64,000 nucleotides of DNA from NCBI GenBank assembly GCA_023460085.1, contig JAEWRI010000021.1, positions 41,904-105,903 on the forward strand, written 5' to 3'. Origin of the DNA: Bacillota bacterium (lineage in GTDB: Bacteria > Bacillota > Clostridia > Christensenellales > SZUA-584). The translations under genes and the position numbers were made by a program. Under the pieces are notes generated by a model. The model did not search any database. It was not told the origin of the DNA and saw nothing but the letters and a program-made list of their open reading frames with translations. Positions 1-9,463 of this stretch are shown in pieces (positions within the stretch are counted from its first letter, which is position 1; every line of letters starts with the position of its first letter).

Positions 1-228
1 ATTCGCTGCGAAGACAAGAACAAGCGGGACAAGCTGTATTTTCCGCTGATATCGCGGGAGGACGCGCTGCGCTCGGAAGGAGAGACGCTGCTTTCACGCA
101 TCAGCGCGGGCTCCATGGGCGCGCTTGTGGCCACGATGGCAGAAAGCGGTCAGCTGTCTGACGCGGACCGGGAAGCGCTGGCGGCGCTGGCGGCACGGCT
201 GGAAAGAGAGGATGGTGAACGGAAATGA
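1..228 (+). CDS. BlaI/MecI/CopY-family transcriptional repressor, C-terminal fragment (5' end outside window)
   Basis: Frame 1 is open from base 1 to TGA 226-228. The tail ...DKLYFPLISREDALRSEGETLLSRISAGSMGALVATM... resembles the dimerisation half of BlaI-type repressors. Its stop overlaps the ATG of the M56 sensor gene (ATGA), the classic blaI-blaR pairing. Confidence 0.55.
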   Translation: MRCEDKNKRDKLYFPLISREDALRSEGETLLSRISAGSMGALVATMAESGQLSDADREALAALAARLEREDGERK

Positions 229-2795
229 CGCAGGATGCTCTGACGGCGCTGTGGGTTAACGCGGCGGTATTCACGGTGCTGATGGGAGTAATGCTGGTGG
301 TGCGCGCACTGTTCAAAAAGCGGATTTCCGCCGTAATGCAGTACGCGCTCTGGGCGGTCGTTATAGTGAAGCTGCTTCTGCCGTTCGGGTTTGAGAGCAG
401 CTTGAGCCCGTTTGGTTTGTTTAAAACGCAGGAAGCGCCCCAGACCGTTTCCGAACACAATACTGCGTCAGCCGCAGAAATCGGGGCAATTTCGGAAAGC
501 GGCGTGCAGCAGCCCGAGGCTGAAGCGGTGTATCCGACGGCCCCGCAGACGGAGCGCGTTGCGGCGGACGTAAAGGCAAAGCAGGAGACTTCTGCGAACA
601 CCGCTGAAGCTGAAGTTGGGAAACCGCAGCAGCTGCTGCCGTGGACATCGTGGCTGCTGATAGCATGGGCGGCGGGTGCTCTCGCCGTGGGTATCGTGCA
701 GGCTTTGGGCGCGCGGAACCTGAGAAGGCGCGCAATCCACGCACGGCTGCCGCTGCCGCAGCGCATGGCGCATATTGCAGGCGAATGCATGCGGGAGCTG
801 GGCATGAAACGCGGCGTGGCCGTGGTGCTGCAATCCGCGCTGAAGACGCCTGCGGCGATAGGTGTTCTTAAGCCTGTGCTTGTGCTGCCAGAGGACGCGG
901 CGGAACGCACGGACGAGCAGCTGCGCCACATCTGCCTGCACGAACTGACCCATGTGAGATACGGGGATTTGATCGTTGTTGCGCTGATGGGAATTTTGCG
1001 GGCGGTATACTGGTTCAATCCATTCACATGGCTGGGTATTTCCCTGATGCGGCACGACATGGAGGCCGCGTGTGATGCACGTGTGCTGCTTCATATCGGC
1101 AGCGGCGCAAGGCATCAGTATATCGGCACGGTGCTGCACTTCGCGGGCCGCGAAAAGGATACGCGGCTGATAGCCGCAATGGGTATGGCGGACAGCCGTA
1201 TGCCGATGGAGCGGCGAATACGCTCGATGTTCAGGAAAACCCGCACCGGAAGTGCGGCGAAAGCAGCGGCACTGGGTATGGCCCTGCTGATGCTTTCGGC
1301 GAGTGTCCTGACGGCATGCCAGCCCACGCCGGAGGTGCCTGTCGTGGCGGGCAAAAACGAAGGTGCGCTGGAGAGCGCACTCGCGGCGGCGCCTTCTGAA
1401 AACGCGGCTCCTTACGAAGCGCCGGATCGTCTCACCATGGATATCGACGTGCCGGTGGACAATTACAGCATCATATTTGACGCGGATGTAGTGGTACCGG
1501 ATCAGACGGTTTACCCGGTATACACCGTAGAAATGGCAAAGATTACGCAGCAGCAGGCGGATACACTGCGTCTTGCGCTGCTGGACGGACAAACACTGTA
1601 CAAGCAGGGTGAATACCGCAGCCGGGATGAGATTCAGCGCAGCATCGACAGCTACGAATGGCAGCTGCAGGAATCCATCGACGACGGCTATCAGGGACTG
1701 GTGGACAGCTATACGGAGATACTGAAGGAACTGTATGCCGAGTACGCGCGCACCCCGGAGAATCTGACGCTTGAGGAAGCGGATACTACGCTGGAGTTCC
1801 ATGAGGAATACGCCGAGCCTTTCATGTATGGCTACACCGAAGTGCCGGTCGGAGAAGACGGATATCGTGTGGAATGGACGGAGGAAGGGCGCCAGAAGGC
1901 CATTGCGGATGGGTGCTCTTCGGTGTACGGCATATGCTGGATGGAAAGCGGCCGCAAGATGGAGTTCTCTGTGCGAAACGAGGCAAGCTCGTCAAGCGTT
2001 TACTTTGGGTACGCGGAAGGGAACGGCGTGTACAACCAATGCAATACCTGCACGCTGGATGACGCCATCGAACAGGGCAATGCGCTTCTGGCTGAAGCCG
2101 GGATGGATTTTTCGCTCGTCAGCGCGGAAACGGATACGAGTACCATCGACGATAATGGGAATGAGGTTCCCGAGTACAACCGTTTCCATACACTGACTTA
2201 CAAACGTAACCTGCCGGGGGTGATTCTCGATAATATCCAGAGCGTAGTAACGCAGAATCTGGCGCAGCACAATATGGGGGAACCGGGATACAACGGCCTC
2301 GTGCCATATCCGGAGACTATCACGATGAGTATCGACGATTTTGGTTTCATCCGGTTCCAGTGGTCCCAGCCTCTGGAGATTACGGCGACGGAAAGCGCCA
2401 ACGTACCGCTTATCCCGTTTGATGAGATCAGCAGCCGTATTGCCTCGCAGATCAAAATTCAGACGATGTGGGATGAGGAAGCGGATGAATATGAGGCGGA
2501 GTGGATAGAATCCCGGCGGCTCGAGGTCACCAAGATCGTGCTGTCGTACCTTGTGGTTGCTAAGGCGGACGACTTCTCAAGCTTCTACTACATTCCGGTG
2601 TGGAATGTTTGCGGCGACCTGTATTACCGCTATAAACCGGATTACCTGGAGCATCGGAAAGGCGGGGGCTTCATACTGGACGAGAACAATGAGCGCAAGG
2701 CTACGATGCAGTATGTCGGCGATACGTCGGATCACTCGCTGCTCACCATCAGCGCCATTGACGGCACGGTAATCCCGCGCGGGATGCATACATGA
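225..2795 (+). CDS. BlaR1/MecR1-type M56 signal-transducing metalloprotease with a long unrelated extracytoplasmic C-terminal domain
   Basis: 856-aa ORF with N-terminal hydrophobic helices and an HExxH zinc motif in LHELTHVRYGD, typical of peptidase M56. A further TM segment (AAALGMALLMLSASVLTAC) is followed by about 500 acidic residues. Confidence 0.75.
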   Translation: MTQDALTALWVNAAVFTVLMGVMLVVRALFKKRISAVMQYALWAVVIVKLLLPFGFESSLSPFGLFKTQEAPQTVSEHNTASAAEIGAISESGVQQPEAEAVYPTAPQTERVAADVKAKQETSANTAEAEVGKPQQLLPWTSWLLIAWAAGALAVGIVQALGARNLRRRAIHARLPLPQRMAHIAGECMRELGMKRGVAVVLQSALKTPAAIGVLKPVLVLPEDAAERTDEQLRHICLHELTHVRYGDLIVVALMGILRAVYWFNPFTWLGISLMRHDMEAACDARVLLHIGSGARHQYIGTVLHFAGREKDTRLIAAMGMADSRMPMERRIRSMFRKTRTGSAAKAAALGMALLMLSASVLTACQPTPEVPVVAGKNEGALESALAAAPSENAAPYEAPDRLTMDIDVPVDNYSIIFDADVVVPDQTVYPVYTVEMAKITQQQADTLRLALLDGQTLYKQGEYRSRDEIQRSIDSYEWQLQESIDDGYQGLVDSYTEILKELYAEYARTPENLTLEEADTTLEFHEEYAEPFMYGYTEVPVGEDGYRVEWTEEGRQKAIADGCSSVYGICWMESGRKMEFSVRNEASSSSVYFGYAEGNGVYNQCNTCTLDDAIEQGNALLAEAGMDFSLVSAETDTSTIDDNGNEVPEYNRFHTLTYKRNLPGVILDNIQSVVTQNLAQHNMGEPGYNGLVPYPETITMSIDDFGFIRFQWSQPLEITATESANVPLIPFDEISSRIASQIKIQTMWDEEADEYEAEWIESRRLEVTKIVLSYLVVAKADDFSSFYYIPVWNVCGDLYYRYKPDYLEHRKGGGFILDENNERKATMQYVGDTSDHSLLTISAIDGTVIPRGMHT

Positions 2796-3000
2796 AAAAG
2801 CTTCGCCTTGGAGCTTAACGGTATCAGACAGCGAAGCAGCAGCAGACAAGTCTGTTTACAACTTGCTTACAAGATGATGACTATTTGAACGAAAAGAAAC
2901 GCTATGATACGAATGGCTGCGGCGGAGGACGGAGGTGAATCTGCCGCAGCATCCCGGGCGGATATGCGGATGGTGGTGGAATTTATCTGTGGGGGTACAC

Positions 3001-3810
3001 ATGAGCCATCCGAAATTTAAAGCAGGACGCCGCCGATACCGGCTGAGCGGCGGAAAAATGGCGGCAGCGCTGCTGGCGCTGGGGGTATTTGCGGCCTTGA
3101 TTGTTGCGGCGATACTGCTGCTGCAGGAAAAAGGGACCGTAGCGTTCACGGCTGAAACGGCAACACCTGTTTACAGCGTGGTACAGCTGGAGACAGTATC
3201 GCCGTCCGATACGCAGGAGGCATCCGCAAGTCCCTCCGCGAGTAAAAAGCAATGGCTCGTCGTGGTAGACGCGGGACACGGCGATTTTGATCCGGGCTGT
3301 ATCGGCATTTCGGGGGTTCATGAGGCGGACTTAAATCTCTCCGTTGCGGAATATCTGCAGGAAGCGCTGGAAGCACAAGGGCTGGAGGTTGTAATGACGC
3401 GCGAGTCTGACGTGGGGCTGGGGACGACGCAGAACGAAAGCCTGCGCGAGCGCGGAAGGATTATTGTGGAAAGCGGCGCAGACATGGTAATCAGCGTGCA
3501 TATGAACTCGTTTCCTCAGGATCCGGATGTATCGGGGCCGCTTGTGCTGTTTGCACCCGGTTCACAGTATGGCGAGGAGCTGGCCGGAAGGGTTCAGCAT
3601 AGCCTCAATGATGCGCTGAGCACAGACGGAAAAGCGCGTTCTCAGGATTTATATGTCCTGCAGCAGGGTACACCGTATGCGGTGCTCGTGGAATGCGGGT
3701 ATCTGAGCAATGAAGCGGAGGAGCGCAACTTGCAGGATTCGGCTTACCAGCAGCGCATTGCGCAGGCTATCTGCGACGGAGCGATCGCCTATATTTCGCA
3801 GGAAGGATAA
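3001..3810 (+). CDS. N-acetylmuramoyl-L-alanine amidase (Amidase_3, CwlD-like)
   Basis: ATG 3001 chosen within ORF 2935-3810. N-terminal TM segment; motifs VVVDAGHGDFDPGC, ISVHMNSF and VECGYLSNEAE match the zinc amidase_3 fold. Confidence 0.8.
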   Translation: MSHPKFKAGRRRYRLSGGKMAAALLALGVFAALIVAAILLLQEKGTVAFTAETATPVYSVVQLETVSPSDTQEASASPSASKKQWLVVVDAGHGDFDPGCIGISGVHEADLNLSVAEYLQEALEAQGLEVVMTRESDVGLGTTQNESLRERGRIIVESGADMVISVHMNSFPQDPDVSGPLVLFAPGSQYGEELAGRVQHSLNDALSTDGKARSQDLYVLQQGTPYAVLVECGYLSNEAEERNLQDSAYQQRIAQAICDGAIAYISQEG

Positions 3811-3823
3811 CTGCATCTCGGAC

Positions 3824-4591
3824 ATGAAGACCTATGTCATCTCCTCAGACATCCGGCGGGCGCTTTCCACACCGGGCTTTATCGTCAGCATGATTGGTGT
3901 GGTGCTGGTTATCGCGTTAGCCTCCGCAGACAGCGTCATTGAGGCGGTGCGCAGCGGCGCACCGCTGGCCAATGGATACCACGCGCAGATTATCATTGAC
4001 GCATTTTCGTCGGATGGATTCACGCTGGCGCTGCCCATACTCTGTGCGCTGCCGTATACCGCCGCGTTCGTGGACGATATGAAAAGCGGGTATATCAAGC
4101 TGTATCTGCACCGCAGCGGCGCGAAGTCGTATGTCAAAGGGAAGATCGTCGCGTGTGCGTTTTCGGGCGGGCTGGCGCTGCTGCTGGGTATTCTGCTGGC
4201 CTATGCGCTTTCAGCACTGGTGTTTACGCCGATGGAGCTGGCGCTGGGCGAAGAGGAAGCGACGCAGCCGTACCCTGCCCAGCTGCTGCTGAAATCTGCG
4301 ACGCTGTTTTTCTCGGGCGCTTTCTGGTCGCTCACAGGCGGTACATTCGCCGCGGCTACGCGAAGCAAATACATGGCCTATGCTTCGCCCTTCATTTTTT
4401 ACTATGTGCTCATCATACTGCACGAGCGTTACTTTGAGGATTTGTACGTGGTGTATCCCAGGGAATGGCTGCTGCAGTCGGAACCATGGCCGCTGGGCGG
4501 TTTCGGCGTGATGCTTCTGCTTGCGCTGCTTTCCGCAATTGTGAGCCTTTGCTTTGCGATTATCGCGGGAAGGAGGCTGGAAAATGCGTAA
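3824..4591 (+). CDS. ABC-2-type polytopic membrane protein (putative transporter permease)
   Basis: ATG 3824 chosen because the upstream part of ORF 3710-4591 overlaps the amidase gene. Multiple hydrophobic helices; 8-nt overlap with the next gene. Confidence 0.55.
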   Translation: MKTYVISSDIRRALSTPGFIVSMIGVVLVIALASADSVIEAVRSGAPLANGYHAQIIIDAFSSDGFTLALPILCALPYTAAFVDDMKSGYIKLYLHRSGAKSYVKGKIVACAFSGGLALLLGILLAYALSALVFTPMELALGEEEATQPYPAQLLLKSATLFFSGAFWSLTGGTFAAATRSKYMAYASPFIFYYVLIILHERYFEDLYVVYPREWLLQSEPWPLGGFGVMLLLALLSAIVSLCFAIIAGRRLENA

Positions 4592-5480
4592 GCTGCGCCA
4601 GTCGTTCTCCGTCGCCGCGTACAACTTCCGCCAGTGGCATAAAAATCCGCGCATATTCATCACCTTCGCGCTGGCGTTTATACTATGCTTCCTGCTCTCC
4701 GACAAGGCGGTGCGCTTCGCCAAAGAGTATGAGACCACGATGCAGATTGTCGAAGCGTTCGTCTGGACGTTCGGCGACGCCAATTCCATATTGCTGGCAT
4801 CGCTGCTGCTGATTCTGCTGTTTGCGGACATGCCGTTTATCAATGCCGGAACGCCGCTGTATCTGCTGCGAATAGACCGCACCACATGGCTTTTCGGTCA
4901 GGCGCTGTACATCACAATGGCTGCAGCAATCTATATGCTGTTTATACTGGGCTCCACGTCAATTATCTGTATGGGGCAGAGCTTCGTCGGCAACATGTGG
5001 AGTGAGACGGCGGCAATACTCGGATATTCGGGCGCGGGCAAAGCGGTGGCGCTTCCCGCGCTCGTCAAAACGCTGGAGATGAGCACGCCCTACGAATGCT
5101 TGGCAACCATCTTCCTGCTGATGCTGCTTTACGCGCTGCTGATGGCCTTTCTGATGCTGGCGTTCAACATCAGAAGGGGACAGCTGGCGGGCGTGGTGAG
5201 CGTATTTGCGTTCAGCCTGTTTGGTTTTCTGCTGAACCCGCAGCTGTTCAAGACCATTTTCCAGTTGCCGGACGCGCTGATATACAAAGCCAACGTGGCG
5301 GTGGGCTGGCTGTCGCCGCTCAACCAGGCGACGTACCATATGCACAACTTCGGCTACGATCTGCTGCCCCGGCTGTGGATGACGTATGCGATTTTCGCCG
5401 TGCTGATACTGCTGTGCTTCGCGCTGGCGCTGCGGGCCATCCGAAAGTACAATTTCAACTTCACCGGCACGGAAGGCTAG
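4584..5480 (+). CDS. ABC-2-type polytopic membrane protein (putative transporter permease)
   Basis: ATG 4584 is preceded by AGGAGG at 4571-4576. The protein is hydrophobic and multi-helix, and an ABC ATPase gene follows. Confidence 0.55.
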   Translation: MRKLRQSFSVAAYNFRQWHKNPRIFITFALAFILCFLLSDKAVRFAKEYETTMQIVEAFVWTFGDANSILLASLLLILLFADMPFINAGTPLYLLRIDRTTWLFGQALYITMAAAIYMLFILGSTSIICMGQSFVGNMWSETAAILGYSGAGKAVALPALVKTLEMSTPYECLATIFLLMLLYALLMAFLMLAFNIRRGQLAGVVSVFAFSLFGFLLNPQLFKTIFQLPDALIYKANVAVGWLSPLNQATYHMHNFGYDLLPRLWMTYAIFAVLILLCFALALRAIRKYNFNFTGTEG

Positions 5481-5602
5481 CCTGCGGCCATTGCAGACTT
5501 ATGGAACGTATATCTGCGGGGTAAAGATTAGGAACAGGCGTATCGCCCGCTGGCGCAAGGAATGACCGCAAAGAGAGTAGAGCAATTATTGGAGAACCGG
5601 AT

Positions 5603-6247
5603 ATGAACATTGCCATCAGCATACAGAACGTGACCAAACGCTTCGGAGAGGAGACGGTGCTGACCGATGTCTCTCACAACTTTGAGGAAGGCAAAATCCA
5701 TGGCATCGTAGGCAATAACGGCAGCGGAAAAACGGTGCTGATGAAATGCATCTGCGGATTTTTGCTGCCCACCAGCGGGAAGATTCTCGTGAATTATAAA
5801 CAGGTTGGCAAGGACTGCGACTTTCCGGATGATATCGGCATTATCATCGAGACGCCGGGGTTTCTGCCCAATCTTTCGGGTATGAAGAACCTTGAAATCC
5901 TCGCGTCGCTGAGAAGAAAAATCGGAAGCGAGACCATTCGAAGAACCATCCGCCGCGTCGGGCTGGATCCGGGAATGAAAAAACCGGTGGGGAAGTATTC
6001 TCTGGGCATGCGTCAGCGGCTGGGAATCGCGCAGGCTATCATGGAGGATCCATCCATACTGATACTGGACGAGCCGTTGAACGGACTTGACAAGAGCGGC
6101 GTCGCCGATATGCGGGGTCTCATCAAAGAGCTTTGCGGACAGGGGAAAACCATACTTCTCGCAAGCCACAACCAGGGGGATATCGACGCGCTGTGCGATA
6201 CGGTCTGCGAAGTGGACGCGGGGCTGCTGACGGTGGTGAGGACATGA
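5603..6247 (+). CDS. ABC transporter ATP-binding protein (canonical motifs)
   Basis: Walker A GNNGSGKT, signature-like YSLGMRQRL, Walker B ILILDEP, H-loop LLASHN. Confidence 0.85.
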   Translation: MNIAISIQNVTKRFGEETVLTDVSHNFEEGKIHGIVGNNGSGKTVLMKCICGFLLPTSGKILVNYKQVGKDCDFPDDIGIIIETPGFLPNLSGMKNLEILASLRRKIGSETIRRTIRRVGLDPGMKKPVGKYSLGMRQRLGIAQAIMEDPSILILDEPLNGLDKSGVADMRGLIKELCGQGKTILLASHNQGDIDALCDTVCEVDAGLLTVVRT

Positions 6248-6909
6248 GCGACTGTATCCGTATGGATAACGTAGTGAAGCTGCAGGAAGGCCGCCGTGTA
6301 CTCGCGGACGTTTTCCTGCGTGTGAAGCAGGGAGAATGCCTGATCATCAGCGGGCCTCCCGGAAGCGGGAAAAGCATGCTCGCGAGACTGGCCGCGGGGC
6401 TGGAAAAACCCAGCGCCGGAGAGGTCTTTGTCCTTGGCAAACCGATGCATGAGATGAGCGAGGATGCCGCCGCCGCGTTTCGTAACCGGCATGTCGGGCT
6501 GCTGACGCGGGGAATCGGATTTTTGAATACTCTCACGATGCTGGACAACATCGCCATGCCATTGCTGCTGCGCGGCGAAACGGCTGCGCACGCGCGTAAA
6601 AAGGCGAAGGAGTCGTTGAAGGCAATGGGGATGCTGGGCGCAGAGAAGGCGAGTCCGGCGCAGCTTCGGCCGTTGGAGAGGCACAAAGCCGCCGTTGCTC
6701 GCATGCTCACGGCACAGCCGGAGGTGCTGCTGCTGGATGATTTTGGCGCGGAGCTTGCGGATACCGATGAACTGGCGGGTATACTGCATGCGTTATGCCG
6801 TTTTGAAAGCATTACGGTAGTGGAACTAACCAGCGCGAAAAAAGGATTGATCTGCGGCGACAGGGAGCTGACGCTTGGCAGGGGCAAAATTCAGGAGGAA
6901 ACGACATGA
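6244..6909 (+). CDS. ABC-type nucleotide-binding domain protein with degenerate catalytic motifs (FtsE/MacB-like)
   Basis: ATGA overlap with the preceding ATPase gene. Walker A GPPGSGKS is intact. The signature position reads LRPLE, Walker B reads VLLLDDF (no Glu), and the H-loop position reads ELTSA. Confidence 0.7.
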   Translation: MSDCIRMDNVVKLQEGRRVLADVFLRVKQGECLIISGPPGSGKSMLARLAAGLEKPSAGEVFVLGKPMHEMSEDAAAAFRNRHVGLLTRGIGFLNTLTMLDNIAMPLLLRGETAAHARKKAKESLKAMGMLGAEKASPAQLRPLERHKAAVARMLTAQPEVLLLDDFGAELADTDELAGILHALCRFESITVVELTSAKKGLICGDRELTLGRGKIQEETT

Positions 6910-8306
6910 AAAAAAGGTGCGCGCTGCTCGCGGCATTGCTGCTGCTGACAGCGCTTCCGGTACAGGCGCTGGCTGCGGAAGAGGAGACGGCAGTTCGCCT
7001 TACCATAGATAATGCGCATGTATACAGCGGCATGGACAAGGCCTATCAGGATGGATATACGCCAACAGTGGAAAACGGCGTTGCGAAAATCGTGCTGCCT
7101 CTGCTTGCGAACGGCGAACTGTCGGGCAGCAAAATCACCGTCACTCCGGGTCTTGGAGATACGTCATCCTCGCCATTTGTATTTAAAAACTATGAAAAGA
7201 CGGTACCGCTTCAGGACAATCCGGTGGGAGACGGTACCACGACGGTTTCCTCCTATCTGGTGGTACTGGAGCTTGCGCTGTCCGCAAACCGTGTCAATGG
7301 CGTCTATCCCGTGATGGTGGGCATTCAGGCGCAGAGCGGGACGGGTAGCGCGATATCGGCTTCGTTTACCTGCTACGTAACCATATGCGACGGGAAGGAC
7401 CCTAACGCCGATTCGTCCGCGGAATCTTCTCCGGCAGCGCAGTCACAGCCCAAGGTTATTGTAAGCGGGTACAACGTGAGCGCTTCACCCGTGGAAGCAG
7501 GCAGCGAGTTTTCCGTTGCCGTCACGCTGCGCAATACGAGCGAAAAGCGATCGGTAAAAAACATGACGGTGACCGTCACGTGCGAATCCATGAACTTCGT
7601 GCTGCTGAATGAAAGCAATGTATTCTATATCAAAAGTTTGGGAAAAGGGGAGACAGAAGAAATAGAACTCCGGTATCGGACTGACCTCGAAACGCCGCCG
7701 CAACGGTATGTCATCTCGATTGCCATGGAGTATGACAACAGCGACGCGCAGACGCTGGCCTCGTCCGGCACGGTGCTGGTGGAAGTAGCCCAACCGCTGC
7801 GTGTAGAACTGCAAACGCCAAAGGTGGCAGAGCAGGTCAACGCGGGCGATACGATGTCATTGTCCTTTCAGGTGATGAATCTGGGGCGATGCGCAATCTA
7901 CAATGTACGTGTGGAGCTGGAGGCGCCCGGAATGATACCCACGTCCACGGCTTTCATTGGCAATATGGAGGCAGGCACCTCCGCAACGTCGGAGATGGAT
8001 GTGTTCATCGGTACCCGAAATATGACGGGTAGCGGTGATGGCGAGGAAAAGTACGGCCCCTCGAGCGGCAACTTCATACTGACATACGAGGATGAGAAGG
8101 GTGCTGAATACACACAGGAAGCGGAATTTTATACGACGATAGAAGAGCCGGTAATTGCAGCCTCGTCGAATACCGAACCGGAAGAAACGGAGAAAGCAAG
8201 TCAATGGTGGATATCGGTGCTGATTGGCGGTCTGGCTGTAGCATCGCTGACAGTCTTTGTCGTAATCCGCGGCAAGCGAAAAGGAAAAGAGCATGAGGAC
8301 GACTGA
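6906..8306 (+). CDS. Secreted, C-terminally membrane-anchored protein with CARDB/NEW3-like beta-sandwich repeats
   Basis: Signal peptide MKKRCALLAALLLLTALPVQALA. Repeats of the type AGSEFSVAVTLRNTS..VKNMTVTV and AGDTMSLSFQVMNLG..IYNVRVELE. C-terminal TM segment plus a basic tail. ATGA overlap upstream and a 14-nt overlap downstream. Confidence 0.6.
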   Translation: MKKRCALLAALLLLTALPVQALAAEEETAVRLTIDNAHVYSGMDKAYQDGYTPTVENGVAKIVLPLLANGELSGSKITVTPGLGDTSSSPFVFKNYEKTVPLQDNPVGDGTTTVSSYLVVLELALSANRVNGVYPVMVGIQAQSGTGSAISASFTCYVTICDGKDPNADSSAESSPAAQSQPKVIVSGYNVSASPVEAGSEFSVAVTLRNTSEKRSVKNMTVTVTCESMNFVLLNESNVFYIKSLGKGETEEIELRYRTDLETPPQRYVISIAMEYDNSDAQTLASSGTVLVEVAQPLRVELQTPKVAEQVNAGDTMSLSFQVMNLGRCAIYNVRVELEAPGMIPTSTAFIGNMEAGTSATSEMDVFIGTRNMTGSGDGEEKYGPSSGNFILTYEDEKGAEYTQEAEFYTTIEEPVIAASSNTEPEETEKASQWWISVLIGGLAVASLTVFVVIRGKRKGKEHEDD

Positions 8307-9435
8307 GCTTTTACGCCTTGCGCGAAAGACGCTGAAGGGGCGCTGGGCGGTATTGCCCGCAGCAGGCATTGCCATCGCGGCATTCTGCCTGTGTTTTGCG
8401 GGGACGGCAATACTGGGAGTCCATGCGGAGAAATCAGAGCCGTACGAAATCGAAGTCTCCTCGGGAGAGGGAAAAGGCTTGACTGATGCCAACGCCGATG
8501 CAGTTGCGAAGATTGAGGATGTGACGGCTGCCACGGCGGTGCTGAAGGTTCCGGTGATACTGAAGGCAGGAACATTTCAAGCGCCGCTGACGCTGACTGG
8601 CCTCGATTCGGTGTACATTGAGGAGCGCTTTCTGTATGGCGGCGCATACCCTCCAGACAGTGTGATGCCATACATTGTGCTGAACGAGTCCGCGTGCAGG
8701 CAGTTTGCCGTGAAAGAGGGCGATACGGCATCCGAATCTGCGCGCATTGACTGGCTGAACGAAAGCATTGCGGTGGAGATGGGAGAGGACGCCAAGCCGG
8801 TTACCGCCAGGGTCTGCGGAATACTGGAGGAACAGGAAGACACGGAGATACCCATGGCGTACGTCAGCCTGGCTTGCGCAAAAGCGTTGCTGAAACAGAG
8901 CGGACAGGCGGCGGATTATACCGCCATTCTCGCGCGCGTCACGGATATCGGCTGCGCGGAGAAGGTGTCGGGTGAGATAATGGCACTGGGCTTGACAGTG
9001 ACCAATTCCACTGCGGAGCTTCAGACGGGGTGGAACCAAAGACTAGAGCAGAGCGCGTATCTCGCCGCAACGGGCGCATTTGGTTTGCTTTGCGCCGGGG
9101 TGCTGCTGGCAGCATGGCGAAAGATATCCCGGCTGGAGAATTGTGCTGCATGGGAAACGCTGAAAACGCTGGGCATGTCAGCCCGAATGCAGCGCAGACT
9201 GTTTGCAGCTCAGGCAGTGATAACTGCGGTCACAGGCAAGGCAATCGGCATTGCGGTAAGCCTTGCGCTGCCATCCTTTCTATTCGCGGAAGCATCGGAA
9301 GTAATGTTCAAGCTGCAGCCTCCGGCGCTTGCCGTATTGATATCGGCCGCTTTGTGCATGCTGACGACGCTGTCTGCATTCGCGTTGGTAAGAGATAATG
9401 CCCATATGAGCGGACAGCGGAGTGTGGAGCACTAA
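8293..9435 (+). CDS. FtsX/MacB-type ABC transporter permease
   Basis: 380 aa. An N-terminal TM is followed by a roughly 200-aa extracytoplasmic domain and three C-terminal TMs, the FtsX-family topology. Sits in an operon with an FtsE-like NBD. Confidence 0.65.
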   Translation: MRTTELLRLARKTLKGRWAVLPAAGIAIAAFCLCFAGTAILGVHAEKSEPYEIEVSSGEGKGLTDANADAVAKIEDVTAATAVLKVPVILKAGTFQAPLTLTGLDSVYIEERFLYGGAYPPDSVMPYIVLNESACRQFAVKEGDTASESARIDWLNESIAVEMGEDAKPVTARVCGILEEQEDTEIPMAYVSLACAKALLKQSGQAADYTAILARVTDIGCAEKVSGEIMALGLTVTNSTAELQTGWNQRLEQSAYLAATGAFGLLCAGVLLAAWRKISRLENCAAWETLKTLGMSARMQRRLFAAQAVITAVTGKAIGIAVSLALPSFLFAEASEVMFKLQPPALAVLISAALCMLTTLSAFALVRDNAHMSGQRSVEH

Positions 9436-9445
9436 AACGTTAAAC
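9432..9445 (+). promoter_or_regulatory. Third, weaker copy of the AACGTTAAAC operator-like motif
   Basis: CTAAAACGTTAAAC shares 10 identical bases with the sites at 9645 and 21285. It overlaps the stop codon of the FtsX gene. Confidence 0.3.
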
Positions 9446-9463
9446 CTGCGATTCACTTTCATT

